Origin: Candidatus Micrarchaeota archaeon
Lineage (GTDB): Archaea; B1Sed10-29; B47-G15
NCBI GenBank assembly: GCA_003660975.1
Contig: QMVG01000001.1
Location: 183,900-247,899, forward strand
Direction: 5' to 3'
DNA: 64,000 nucleotides
Made by a program: the position numbers and the translations under genes
Part shown: one piece after another, positions 25,920 through 36,300 of the stretch
Numbering within the stretch: the stretch's first letter is position 1
How the letters are laid out: every line of letters starts with the position of its first letter
The notes under the pieces: model-generated
What the model saw: only the letters and a program-made list of their open reading frames with translations
Told to the model about the DNA's origin: nothing
Database searches by the model: none

Positions 25920-28778
25920 ATGGCCAAACACAACCTTATTTTTCTCTTTATATTTATTTTTATAATTCTCCTGTTTTCAAACACCCTTTTTGCTTTCAGC
26001 TGGTGCTCTGGCCCATGTAATTACAGGCAGGACTGCAGGATTGAGCTGGTTGCCAATCAAAGCAATGCAAGCATTGCAGTCATGCATTTGAAATTGGACA
26101 AAATATATGAAAGGTGCGGAGGCATAGGAAAGGCAAAAATGTCATCCATTGTTGTCGTTTTTCAGAACAAGACAGGCACATATCCTGTCCAATATAATTT
26201 TACTGGCTTTATTGATGATGCTTTCATTGTTTTCAACAGCAGTTATGGAAAGACAGGCAAACAATCCAAATACTTTCTCTACTTCGGTGCAGAGGCAGCG
26301 AGGCAGAACAGGTCTTTGAAGGGCGCCGTAAGAAAAGCTATTGGAAGGCCAAGCATAACAGGATACAGAAGAGAATGGGTCAATCACTGTTTTGTTCTAA
26401 GTCCATCATGTTCAGTGGATGGGGACATAGGTACACGTTGCAGCCTTGGCCATTATGGGGGCACAACAGCATTTATCAACTATGCCTGGCCTCTTCCGAA
26501 AAACACGAGCAAGACCCTAATAGAGCTCTGGCTGGGTGCCTGTCTTGATGATAGGGTTTATATAGGATTCAACAAGCAAACGCAGGCCTTCAGAGGAAGC
26601 AACAACTATCAGGGTTATATGTCTCTTTCAATATGCAACAGCAGTAGCTGTGACATCAAAGCTTCAAACCAGAGCAGCATGTCAATATCTGACTCTAAAT
26701 ACAATGACTGCTATTCATCTATTTACGAGATTTCATATACTAGAGAATATATAAACTACAATTACACTGCTCGCTTGGGGAAAGCAGAAGGCGAGGCAAA
26801 ACCAAAAATAGAAAAGAGGCTTTACTTCTTTAACCTAAACAACAACGAGAGCAACAACAGCTTTCTCATGCAAATAAGCAACCCATACAATAAAACAATA
26901 TGGAATATCAACATATCATCAATCACTGCTTGCCGGCTTTATCCAAACCAAAGCAACATAGCTGAGTTAAAAGCCAATAACACAGCCAAATTAAAGATCT
27001 CGGGAAGAAAGCAATATCTGTCTCAAATCTGTTCTTTTCCAATATCCCACACATTTACCTACGATAACAAAACAGCAAAGAACGTTTCTCTTCTAAGGAA
27101 TTTTACCGCACATTTCTTTGCAGCCAATATCTCAAAAACAGTTTACCAATTGCACAATTATCCGCGACCTGCAAAGCTGAATGCATCAACAGTTTACAAG
27201 CTAAACATAAAAAGCCCATTTGCCAGCGAAAAAACAGCGATTATAAGCGAGATAGATAATGTAACAAAAATAGAGTGCCTAAACATCGACAGCTGTTATT
27301 ACCAGAGCAACAGGGAAAAGGTGATTAACGGCACTGTTGAGAAAAACAACTTTACCTTTTCCATACCAAGCGCTTATAGGGGCGCACCGGCATTTATAGA
27401 AGCACCATTCAGGGTCAAAACAAAGTCATGGCCTCTTAGCATATTTTTGAAGTACAACATTACAAAGCACAGCTTTTGCTACAGCAACAGGAGCTGTGAA
27501 ATCACTTACAATATCACCTTGATCTCAAAACTGCCCTATCTTCTTACCTACTTTATCCATAATGACAGGGAACTGAAAGGATGGAGTACGGACGTCTTGG
27601 CTTTGAAAAATGTCTCAATACTTGACAGTTATAGGGGCATATACTCCATTACAAACAGAAGCAGGGCCTCAATAGGCATACGCTTGCTGAAAGGAAGAGC
27701 CAACTTTTCAATAAGTATGGAAAACGAAAGCAGATATGCATTTATTGATACGGAGAAAAAACAGGCAAACTTTTCAAAACACCTTCTGATAAACAACAGC
27801 GAAAACTGTTCTTTAGAAAACATAAGCTTAAACTTCAGCTACGCTGCCCTATCTCTGTCCAGACCCTTACAAGTGAATATGGGCAAGAACAGCAGTAAAG
27901 AATTGACGGCTTTTTTCAACGGCAGTGTTAATATATCAATTAATGAAACAAAAGCCTCAAAGGGCTTTTTTGGGACTTCCAACAGGGTTTTTCTTATCTC
28001 TCTTCCCTTGAGATTAAAAAATACAAGCATATCCTTCACCAAAGGAGATTGGAAGGATTATGTTATCTACAGTAGCAGAGCGGTAAATAACAGTTGCCCC
28101 AGCAATTTCTTTAGCTGGAAGGCTATAGAAAGCAAAGAAAAGGAAGGCAGGATTTTAGTTGAGAACCAAACCGTTTACAACAGCTGCTATTTAATTTCTT
28201 ATATAAGAAACGAGAGAAAAACAAGAAGCAGTAGCTCTGGGGGCAGCAGTTTTTTCTGGAGAAAAACCCTAAAAAGCAATACAGTGAATGTGTCTAAAGA
28301 AAACACAAGTGCTAACACAACTGTCTCTTATCCGATAACAGTGAAGAATGTAACTGAAAGCAAAGCAAATAACCCAAAGCAAGAAAGCGTAAAAACAGCA
28401 AGCAGGAATATGTCTGAGACTGAAAACAACAAGGTGCAGCTAATAACAAAAATCGTGGAGATACCTGCTTCAGGCATAATTGAGACAGGCACGTTAAAAT
28501 TCACGAATCCCTCCTTAAACTGTTATTACTCCCTTGACAATGGGCCTTGGCTGAGAGCAAAGACAATAAAATTAGAAGACGGCCCACACAGCTTGGTTGT
28601 TAAGTGTAAATATGGAAATATTACGCTCAGGAAGAAATTTAACTTTCTTTCAAAATCAAAGATGACAGCAAGAGTTATTAAAGCAGCTGCTTTTGACCTC
28701 AAATATCTCTTTTTGTTGCTGGCAATTCCTTTATTATATCTGCTGAAAAAACGTTTTACTACTCGCAGCCCTTTCTAA
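25920..28778 (+). CDS. Large secreted, membrane-anchored surface glycoprotein
   Basis: Signal peptide, very many N-x-S/T sequons, SSSSGGSS linker, C-terminal TM plus basic tail. Confidence 0.8.
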   Translation: MAKHNLIFLFIFIFIILLFSNTLFAFSWCSGPCNYRQDCRIELVANQSNASIAVMHLKLDKIYERCGGIGKAKMSSIVVVFQNKTGTYPVQYNFTGFIDDAFIVFNSSYGKTGKQSKYFLYFGAEAARQNRSLKGAVRKAIGRPSITGYRREWVNHCFVLSPSCSVDGDIGTRCSLGHYGGTTAFINYAWPLPKNTSKTLIELWLGACLDDRVYIGFNKQTQAFRGSNNYQGYMSLSICNSSSCDIKASNQSSMSISDSKYNDCYSSIYEISYTREYINYNYTARLGKAEGEAKPKIEKRLYFFNLNNNESNNSFLMQISNPYNKTIWNINISSITACRLYPNQSNIAELKANNTAKLKISGRKQYLSQICSFPISHTFTYDNKTAKNVSLLRNFTAHFFAANISKTVYQLHNYPRPAKLNASTVYKLNIKSPFASEKTAIISEIDNVTKIECLNIDSCYYQSNREKVINGTVEKNNFTFSIPSAYRGAPAFIEAPFRVKTKSWPLSIFLKYNITKHSFCYSNRSCEITYNITLISKLPYLLTYFIHNDRELKGWSTDVLALKNVSILDSYRGIYSITNRSRASIGIRLLKGRANFSISMENESRYAFIDTEKKQANFSKHLLINNSENCSLENISLNFSYAALSLSRPLQVNMGKNSSKELTAFFNGSVNISINETKASKGFFGTSNRVFLISLPLRLKNTSISFTKGDWKDYVIYSSRAVNNSCPSNFFSWKAIESKEKEGRILVENQTVYNSCYLISYIRNERKTRSSSSGGSSFFWRKTLKSNTVNVSKENTSANTTVSYPITVKNVTESKANNPKQESVKTASRNMSETENNKVQLITKIVEIPASGIIETGTLKFTNPSLNCYYSLDNGPWLRAKTIKLEDGPHSLVVKCKYGNITLRKKFNFLSKSKMTARVIKAAAFDLKYLFLLLAIPLLYLLKKRFTTRSPF

Positions 28779-29403
28779 GAGGCACAAAGACACAGGGAAA
28801 GTTCAAATCCTTTTCAATGATGCTCCCTTTTCTCTTCTCATACATAACAAGCCTTTGGCTGAAGTAGGCAGAGCCAAGGGGAAGCACCAACCTCCCCCCT
28901 TCCTTTAATTGTTCTAAGAGCGGCTTGGTAGTTTTAGGCCAAGCACAGCTTACTACTATTTTATCATACGGCGCGTAGTCAGGAAGGCCTTCAGAGCCAT
29001 CTTTGTATATGACCTTGACATTTTTGTATTTACTTAACAGCTGCCTTGCTTTCTCATAAAGCTCTCTTATTCTTTCTATAGTATATATCTTTCCCCTCCT
29101 GTTTATCTCCGCTATAAGTGCAGCTTGATAACCTGTTCCAGTGCCTATCTCTAAGACTTTATCCCCGTCCTTTATGGCAAGTGATTCCAACATAAAGGCA
29201 ATCGTTAATGGTTGTGATACCGTCTGTCTCTTTCCTATAGGAATGGGCATGTCTGCATATGCATGTGCCTTGTTTTTTTCTTCGACAAAATCCTCTCTTC
29301 TTACATGCAGGAAGGCGTCTATTAGGGCTTTTGACTTCAAATAACCCCTGTCAATCAAACTTTTGACAAGTTCCACTCTTTTCTCTTCAAAGCTTTCCAT
29401 CAC
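28759..29403 (-). CDS. pcm: Protein-L-isoaspartate O-methyltransferase
   Basis: AYADMPIPIG.RQTVSQP, VLEIGTGTGYQAA, APYDKI, QLKEGGRLVLP, FVPL. Confidence 0.95.
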   Translation of the reverse strand: MMESFEEKRVELVKSLIDRGYLKSKALIDAFLHVRREDFVEEKNKAHAYADMPIPIGKRQTVSQPLTIAFMLESLAIKDGDKVLEIGTGTGYQAALIAEINRRGKIYTIERIRELYEKARQLLSKYKNVKVIYKDGSEGLPDYAPYDKIVVSCAWPKTTKPLLEQLKEGGRLVLPLGSAYFSQRLVMYEKRKGSIIEKDLNFPCVFVPLRKGCE

Positions 29404-29437
29404 AAAATTTATATATCTATAAGCTTATAAAATAATC

Positions 29438-29475
29438 ACTTTAGTAACTTTAATAATTTTTAAAGTAATTAAAGT
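29438..29475. promoter_or_regulatory. Inverted-repeat operator upstream of the GbsR-family regulator
   Basis: actttagtaacttta-N8-taaagtaattaaagt; 13 of 15 arm positions are complementary. Confidence 0.6.
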
Positions 29476-29485
29476 CGGTGTTCTT

Positions 29486-29971
29486 ATGGTTTCAGCACAA
29501 AGCAGGCAGATGGAGGTGCAATTAAAGTCCTATATTAAAAAAATCCTTGAAAGGAAGGGCTTTGACAGATTGTCTTCAATTATCTTTGCTGAGTTGTGGT
29601 TAGAGCCAAAGGAGATAAGCATGGAAGAGCTTGCAGATAGGGTCGGTTACAGCCTTTCATCTATATCTCTGAAAATGAAGGAATTAAGACGCTTTTGGTT
29701 TCTAAAAATTTTTAAGAAAAAAGGCTCGAGAAAGACTTATATTTACCTTGAGAAAAACATATTGAAGGCAGCGCTTGAGAAGATAAAAAGGGATTACGAA
29801 TGGGAGGACGCTTTATTTAGGGAAAAGATAACGCCCTTGGTGAAGGAATACAAGAAAAAAGCGAAGAGCAAGGAAGAGAAAGCAAAGCTTAGGATACTTG
29901 AGAACTCAATTAAAAACCATAAGGCAGTGAAAAGGATTGTAAATTACATTTCTAAGTGTATCGGAGGGTGA
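29486..29971 (+). CDS. GbsR/MarR-family regulator
   Basis: GFDRLSSIIFAEL..ISMEELADRVGYSLSSIS..KGSRKTY. Confidence 0.85.
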   Translation: MVSAQSRQMEVQLKSYIKKILERKGFDRLSSIIFAELWLEPKEISMEELADRVGYSLSSISLKMKELRRFWFLKIFKKKGSRKTYIYLEKNILKAALEKIKRDYEWEDALFREKITPLVKEYKKKAKSKEEKAKLRILENSIKNHKAVKRIVNYISKCIGG

Positions 29972-29975
29972 TGTT

Positions 29976-31472
29976 ATGAAAATAAAATTTACCTTGATTT
30001 CCCTGTTGCTTTTGAGCAGCCTTGCTTTTGCTAGCAATTGGACATCAGATAATCAGGGTTTTTATGTTATGACAAGCCAAACCTATCCTTCACCTGTTGA
30101 GATAGGGGATGAAAACGTCTTACTTCAAATAACATTCAAAAGAAGCGAAGGCAAATCACTAAAGGACATTCACGTTAGGGCTCATTTCGATTATCCGCTT
30201 ATTCCAATCAAAGACGAGGTAAGTATAGAACACATCTCATCTACATCACACGTTAACGCGCTTTTTTCCTTCAGCGTTGATGAAAAAGCAGAGCAAGGGG
30301 TGTACCGCGTTCCAATAAGCTTAACATATACAGATGAAGATAGTGGCCTCACAAACACCATAAAACGCCTTGTTTTTGTGGAAATCTCAAGCCAAGCCCG
30401 CTTGGAAATAAAGAACATCTCATTCCAACCAGAGGAACTTTCTGTTGGCTCTGACTTTGTTATGACTGTGGAGCTTGAGAACACAGGTCATATGCCTGCT
30501 TCAGATATAGAGGCAAATCTCATTTTCACAGGCAGTAGCCAACCTGTTGTAGAATTTTACCCGAGCCTGCCTTTAAAGAAGAACATAATAGACGCGGATT
30601 CCATATCAAAAATCCAATTCAAAGGGAGAATAACCCCATACTCTTCAACAGGGGCATTTCCAGCTAGGATAACAATAACATACAATAACAAGAGCCTTAA
30701 CTACGACTTTATGTTTCCTATTTCGTCTGGTTCTGAAATGGACATTTCAAATGTCTCTGCATTGGTTGAGCCAGGCAAGGACGGAAGCATCTCTTTCACC
30801 ATATTTAATCGAGGAGCAGTAAGCTATAAGGACATCAAGATTTCGCTGAGCCAAGTAAGCTCTCTTGCAATAATGGATAATAGCATCTATGTGGATGACT
30901 TGCCGGCACACGGCTCAGAGTTTGTAAGCATAGCTGTTTCAGCAAGCAGGGAACTTAGTGAAGGAGTTTATCCAATTACAGTGACATTGCAATCTCCCCA
31001 GGGCACATCTTCTGAGGCAATAAGTGTTATTGTAAGGGGAAAACCAGAGCTAAAAGCAGCAGGCATATCTACAGATGTAGACAGTATTTACACAGGGCAG
31101 ATGCTGTCTCTGAGCACCCAATTTGAGAACATAGGCACAAGCGACGCCAGGTCAGTAAAAGTAAGCATAGTGAATAACACGTTCATAGATGGTATAACTG
31201 AGTCATATGTAGGGAGCGTTGAGGTGGATGATACAGGCACAGCTGTATTTGACATATTATTTAAGAGGGCAGGGAAGCAGAAACTGACGCTATCTATAAG
31301 CTATACAGACAATGCAGGCAACACATATGAGGACATGATGTGCTTTGACGTCTATGTCCATCCAGCACCAATGGACTTGACCTTTGTCTACGTCTTGCTA
31401 ATCTTAGCAGGCCTTTACCTCTTCTGGAGAAGGAGAATAAAGGTCAAAGAGCAGCTGAAGAAGGTGGTTTGA
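29976..31472 (+). CDS. COG1361 S-layer-domain/CARDB protein, ABC-transporter associated
   Basis: Signal peptide, repeated LENTG/IFNRG/FENIG Ig-like modules, C-terminal TM. Confidence 0.8.
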   Translation: MKIKFTLISLLLLSSLAFASNWTSDNQGFYVMTSQTYPSPVEIGDENVLLQITFKRSEGKSLKDIHVRAHFDYPLIPIKDEVSIEHISSTSHVNALFSFSVDEKAEQGVYRVPISLTYTDEDSGLTNTIKRLVFVEISSQARLEIKNISFQPEELSVGSDFVMTVELENTGHMPASDIEANLIFTGSSQPVVEFYPSLPLKKNIIDADSISKIQFKGRITPYSSTGAFPARITITYNNKSLNYDFMFPISSGSEMDISNVSALVEPGKDGSISFTIFNRGAVSYKDIKISLSQVSSLAIMDNSIYVDDLPAHGSEFVSIAVSASRELSEGVYPITVTLQSPQGTSSEAISVIVRGKPELKAAGISTDVDSIYTGQMLSLSTQFENIGTSDARSVKVSIVNNTFIDGITESYVGSVEVDDTGTAVFDILFKRAGKQKLTLSISYTDNAGNTYEDMMCFDVYVHPAPMDLTFVYVLLILAGLYLFWRRRIKVKEQLKKVV

Positions 31473-31475
31473 AGC

Positions 31476-32624
31476 ATGCTTCGCTTCGCCTTCAAAAACC
31501 TTTTGCTGAAAAAATCAAGGACATTCCTAGCTATCTTAGGTCTTACCATTGCTATAACAGGGGTTATAAGTCTTATAGGCATATCAGACGGCATAAGACA
31601 CAGGATAACAGAAAGCACATCCAAGATAGAAGGGATCATTGTAACAGAAAAGGACGCTACGCTTATCGGCAAATTAGATGCCTCTTATGAGGAAAAGCTC
31701 TGGCATTTTTCAGAGGTAAAGGCAGTTGTTCCTGTTGTAGAAGCTTTGGCCACCAGCATAGACGGTGAGAAACCAAAAGGAACAGGCGTTGCTGGTGCAA
31801 TGGTTTCTGTTCTTGGCATGGACCCTGTTAAAAAAGAGATGCTGTCAAATAAAGGTTTGGACGCAGAGTACTTGATAAAGGGCAGGTCTATAAAAGGGAG
31901 TGATAAGGGCCGGGTTGTAGTTTTAGGTTCTAAGCTTGCCGACGATTACGACAAGAATGTGGGTTCAAAGATAGACATAAATGGCGAGACATATCGTGTT
32001 GTAGGCATTTTTGAAACAGGTTCTGACATGCTTGACAACATGGTTGTTACCACTCTTGAACAAGCCCAGAAGATAATGGGCTTTTCCTCAGACACAGTTT
32101 CTGAGTTCATAGTTGAGACAAGGGACCCGTCTCAGGCCTCAAAGCTAGCAAAGAAGATAAACTTTAGATACAGTGACCTGGACGCAAAAACATCCTCAGA
32201 GTGGGCTGAAGAGTTTTCGTCAATGTTAGAGCAAGTAAATGTCTTCTTTATGCTCATTTCATCCATAGCAGTGCTAGTTGGTGCAATAGGGATACTTAAC
32301 ACAATGTTAATGAGCGTTATTGAAAGGTACAAAGAGTTTGGGATACTGCGGGCTTTGGGCTGGACAAGGGGCGACCTTACAAAATTAATAATTTATGAGT
32401 CATTTGTCTTAGGTCTATCTGGAGGTTCGCTGGGCGCTCTTTTAGGTTACCTCACTGTTTACATCATAAATGTTTCAGATTTCATCCCATTCCATCCAAT
32501 TGCAACACCCTCTCTTATCTTTTCAGCATTTATGCTTTCAATTATATTGAGCATTTTAGGAGGCCTCTATCCTGCTTGGAGGGTTTCCAAATTAGACCCT
32601 GTGGAGGCGATAAGATTTGAGTGA
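31476..32624 (+). CDS. ABC transporter permease (MacB/FtsX/LolE type)
   Basis: KSRTFLAILG, GILNTMLMSVIERYKEFGILRALG, YPAWRVSKLDPVEAIR. Confidence 0.93.
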   Translation: MLRFAFKNLLLKKSRTFLAILGLTIAITGVISLIGISDGIRHRITESTSKIEGIIVTEKDATLIGKLDASYEEKLWHFSEVKAVVPVVEALATSIDGEKPKGTGVAGAMVSVLGMDPVKKEMLSNKGLDAEYLIKGRSIKGSDKGRVVVLGSKLADDYDKNVGSKIDINGETYRVVGIFETGSDMLDNMVVTTLEQAQKIMGFSSDTVSEFIVETRDPSQASKLAKKINFRYSDLDAKTSSEWAEEFSSMLEQVNVFFMLISSIAVLVGAIGILNTMLMSVIERYKEFGILRALGWTRGDLTKLIIYESFVLGLSGGSLGALLGYLTVYIINVSDFIPFHPIATPSLIFSAFMLSIILSILGGLYPAWRVSKLDPVEAIRFE

Positions 32625-33306
32625 TGTGGTATTGGAGGCAAGACACGTGTCGAAATACTACAAATTAGGGACTGAGACAATAAAGGCAGTGGACAATGTG
32701 TCCTTGAAGCTTCGCAGAGGTGACTTTGTTTTTATCGTGGGGCCAAGCGGCAGCGGAAAAACAACACTTTTAGACATGTTCGGCGCTTTGAGCCATCCGA
32801 GCAAGGGAGAGATAATAATACATGGAAAGAAACTTAAGGAATTCAACGACTTTCAGTTGTCTATGTTTAGGAGAAAGCACATAGGTTTTATATTCCAAAC
32901 ATTTAACCTCATACCTACGCTGAATGCTCTTGAAAACGTGCTGGTGCCTCTTGTTCCGCAAGGATACAGTAAAGAGGATGTTAAGAGAGCAAGAGACTTG
33001 CTTGTTGAGGTTGGGCTTTCTCATAGGATAATGAACAGGCCAAATCAACTCAGTGGAGGGGAGAGGCAGAGGGTTGCCCTTGCTAGAGCTTTCATAAACC
33101 AACCAAAAATCATATTGGCAGATGAACCAACAGGAAATCTAGACTCCAAAAAAGGCTGGGAGATATTCCAGTACCTGAGAAAGTTAAACAAGGAAAAGGG
33201 AGTCACATTCTTAATCGTAACTCACGACATAGAATACATCAAAAAAGGCGACACTGTCTATAAGATGAAAGACGGAAAACTCAGCCGTAAATCCACTTTA
33301 ACCTAG
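32617..33306 (+). CDS. ABC transporter ATP-binding protein (LolD/SalX type)
   Basis: GPSGSGKT, LSGGERQRV, LADEPTGNLD, VTHD. Confidence 0.95.
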   Translation: MSDVVLEARHVSKYYKLGTETIKAVDNVSLKLRRGDFVFIVGPSGSGKTTLLDMFGALSHPSKGEIIIHGKKLKEFNDFQLSMFRRKHIGFIFQTFNLIPTLNALENVLVPLVPQGYSKEDVKRARDLLVEVGLSHRIMNRPNQLSGGERQRVALARAFINQPKIILADEPTGNLDSKKGWEIFQYLRKLNKEKGVTFLIVTHDIEYIKKGDTVYKMKDGKLSRKSTLT

Positions 33307-36300
33307 CTTTCTCTAATATCTCATTTATCTGGCCTCTACTGTATTCCTCTTCCTTCAACTTCTTTATAATCTCAGAAATATCAACATTCTTCTTAAATTG
33401 ATTTACCACCATATTCACAACATCCTCACTTATCTCCTTTTTTCTTGCTCTTTCATCAACCTTATCACTCAAGACATTAACATCTCCCCTTAACCTAATG
33501 AGTTCACTGTTTTCTATGCTCTGCCCGCTTTCCAGCTTTTCAGAGAGCTTTGATATTTGGCTGTTTATTTCATCTATTTTTGACATCAAATCTCCATACT
33601 CCTCCTTTTTACCTTCTATCTGCTTTGCGACCCTTTTCATATCCTCTTTTAACATATTTATTAGCTCTTTAGCATCTCTTATGCTCCTCTCCTGGTTTTC
33701 TATGCTCCTGTTCAGCTCTTCGCTAAGCTTTTTTATGTTGACCCTCAAATCACTGACATCTTTTATCTTTGCCTTGTCCTCAACATCTTTCGCAATTGCT
33801 TCTACAGCTGTCTTAAGGTTGTTGATCTCATCCTCCTCAACCTTCTTTCCTTCTTTCATCTTCTCAGATAATTCAGTTATCTTTGCTCTCAAGCCCTCCA
33901 TCCTGTTTTCAATCTGCTTTCTAAATTCCTCCGTCTCTCCCTTTATCTGCTCTTCAATGTTGCTCATATCGCTGTTTAGGGATGAAATTATTTCAGAAAC
34001 ACGCTTTACCGAATCCTCGTTCCTTTGCATCTGCTCCTCAATCTTTTCAAACTTGTTTTTTGTTTCCGCCTTTATCTCTTCAATGCTTTTCCTTATTTCC
34101 TCTCTTTCCTTTATCTCTTCAACTTCCATATCTCTAATCTTCTTTGACAGCTCTTCAAGCTTTTTCTTCAGCGATTCTATGCGCTCTGTTTCAACCGTTT
34201 CGCCACTCTCAATCCTCTTTGACAGCTCAGCGGCCTTTTCTTTTATTGAGGAGAGCTCCTGGCTTATGGAGGAATATGCCTTCTTGGTGCCACTTAAATC
34301 TCCCTCTAATGTTGTAATCGTGCTCTCCAGCTGAGATATAAGGTTCTTGACGTCAAGCAAGCTGGCCTTGTCTTCATCCATTTTGCGCTGTAGTTCTGAT
34401 AACTTGTTCGCAAATTCAGCATTGCTCTCTTTTATTTTTCCCAAAATAGTTTCCTTTAACTCGCTCTCTCCCTTTTCTATTATTTCAACCTCCTTCCTTA
34501 CATTCTCCAAGCTGTCCCTCAATGTATCAATGTCTTTTCTGTCCAGTTGTTTTTCCTTTTCTAACTTGTCTATATTCTTTTTAAGTTGGTTCTGGAAAGC
34601 AGTTATGCTCTGTTGGAGTGCTTTATACTTGTCGCCAAGCGTCTGCCTAAGTGAAGAGAGTTGCGCTTCTGTATCGTTCAGCATCTTTTTTACAGCGTCT
34701 ACATCTGTTTCCTCTTTTTTCAGCTCCTCACTTAGTTTTCTTATATTTTCCTCAATCTTAGCATCAATCTTATCAATATTCTCTTTCATCTGCTTTGCTA
34801 GGCCAAGCTCTGTTTCCCTTAAGGCATCTATTGCCTCGCTCAGCGCTTTTGTTTTATTTTCAATAGAGTAAAGCTCAGCAGTACTTATCTCCTCATTTTC
34901 CTTTAACTTATTCTCAAGCTCTGAGAGTAAAGCAGCGATAGAAAGTATCTCAGACACAAGGTTTTTGTGTTTCTCCTCTTGGCTTCTCTCACTGCTTTCA
35001 AGCTCTGCTTTCATGCTTGAGAGTCTAACTTGCAGAGAATTGATAAGCTCTTTCAATAGCTCTGTATCCTTCTCCTCCTTCATAACTTCGCTTCTCAGCA
35101 CCTCAAGGTGCTGCCTGAACTCAGACTCTGCCCTGTCAATTTTACCAAGCAGCTCTGTTTTCAGCTCCTTTCTCTCCTTTTCAGCTTCCATAATCTCTCT
35201 GTCTATCTCAGCAATCTCTTTTATTATGTCTTCACTGATGTCCATAAGCTCCTTCTTAACTCCCTCAACATCTTTTTCCTCTTTTGATTGCAGCTGTTTC
35301 TTCAGCTTTGAAATCCTTTTGCCTATCTCAGCAATCTCCTCAACTCTCTTGCTGTCTCTCAATTCTAATTTATCAAGAAGACCCTGCATTTCATCTAAAT
35401 GCTCTATTATGTTTTCAACATCAAACCTTTCTTCATCAAGCTCACCGTGCAGTTCTTCTATGGCCAATGCCTGTTGCTTTATCCTATCTCTTATGTTAGG
35501 TATGTATTCAACAACAACTGTTTTCAGCAACCTGTCAAGAGCATCCATCTCTCTACCTAACACCTCAACGTCCTTCTTTTCAATCTTTTTGTTTTCTTCT
35601 ATTGCCTTTTCAATCTTTCTGGATTCATCTGAGATTGCTTTTATCCTCTCAAAGACCTGTTTGTACTCATTTTTCACATTGTTCTCCAAAAAAGCAAAGT
35701 TGTTCTGAATGAATGAGATGTTTGCCCTCATTGACTCGATCAGCTGCCTTAAATCGTTGCTTGACATCTCTTCCTCCTTCTGAATCTCCTCTATCCTGCT
35801 TTTGAGCTCTTTTTCAGCTGTTGCAAATTTCTGCAGTATTGAGTCAGCAAACAGCTTTTCGTTGTCCTCTGCCTCTTTTATCCTCTCACTGAGCATCTGC
35901 ATGCTCTGGTTTACATTTTTAATGTCTGCTTCTTCAATCTTTTCCTCGCTCTCAATCTTCTCTTTCAAGCGCTCTATGTTTGAAAGCAGTTCTTTTAAAC
36001 GGGCGCTTGTTTCCTTATGCCTTTCTTTCAGTTCTTTCTCCTCATCTGAGAGAGCAGCCAATTTTGATTCTAGGTTTTTGTAAAGATTCTCTGAATTTGC
36101 CTTTAGGTTATCCAGCAGCAAGCTGAGTTTCTCAATAGACTTCTCCTCTTTTGTTTGTAAAGCTTCCAACTCCTTTTCCAAGCCACTTTGTACTGACTTA
36201 ATATTATCAATCACCATTGCCTTTATTTCGGCTTCCGCAAGCTTTACCCTCTCTAGCTCACTAGAAAGCTTTTCATAGCTTGAATGCAACTTTTCAATGT

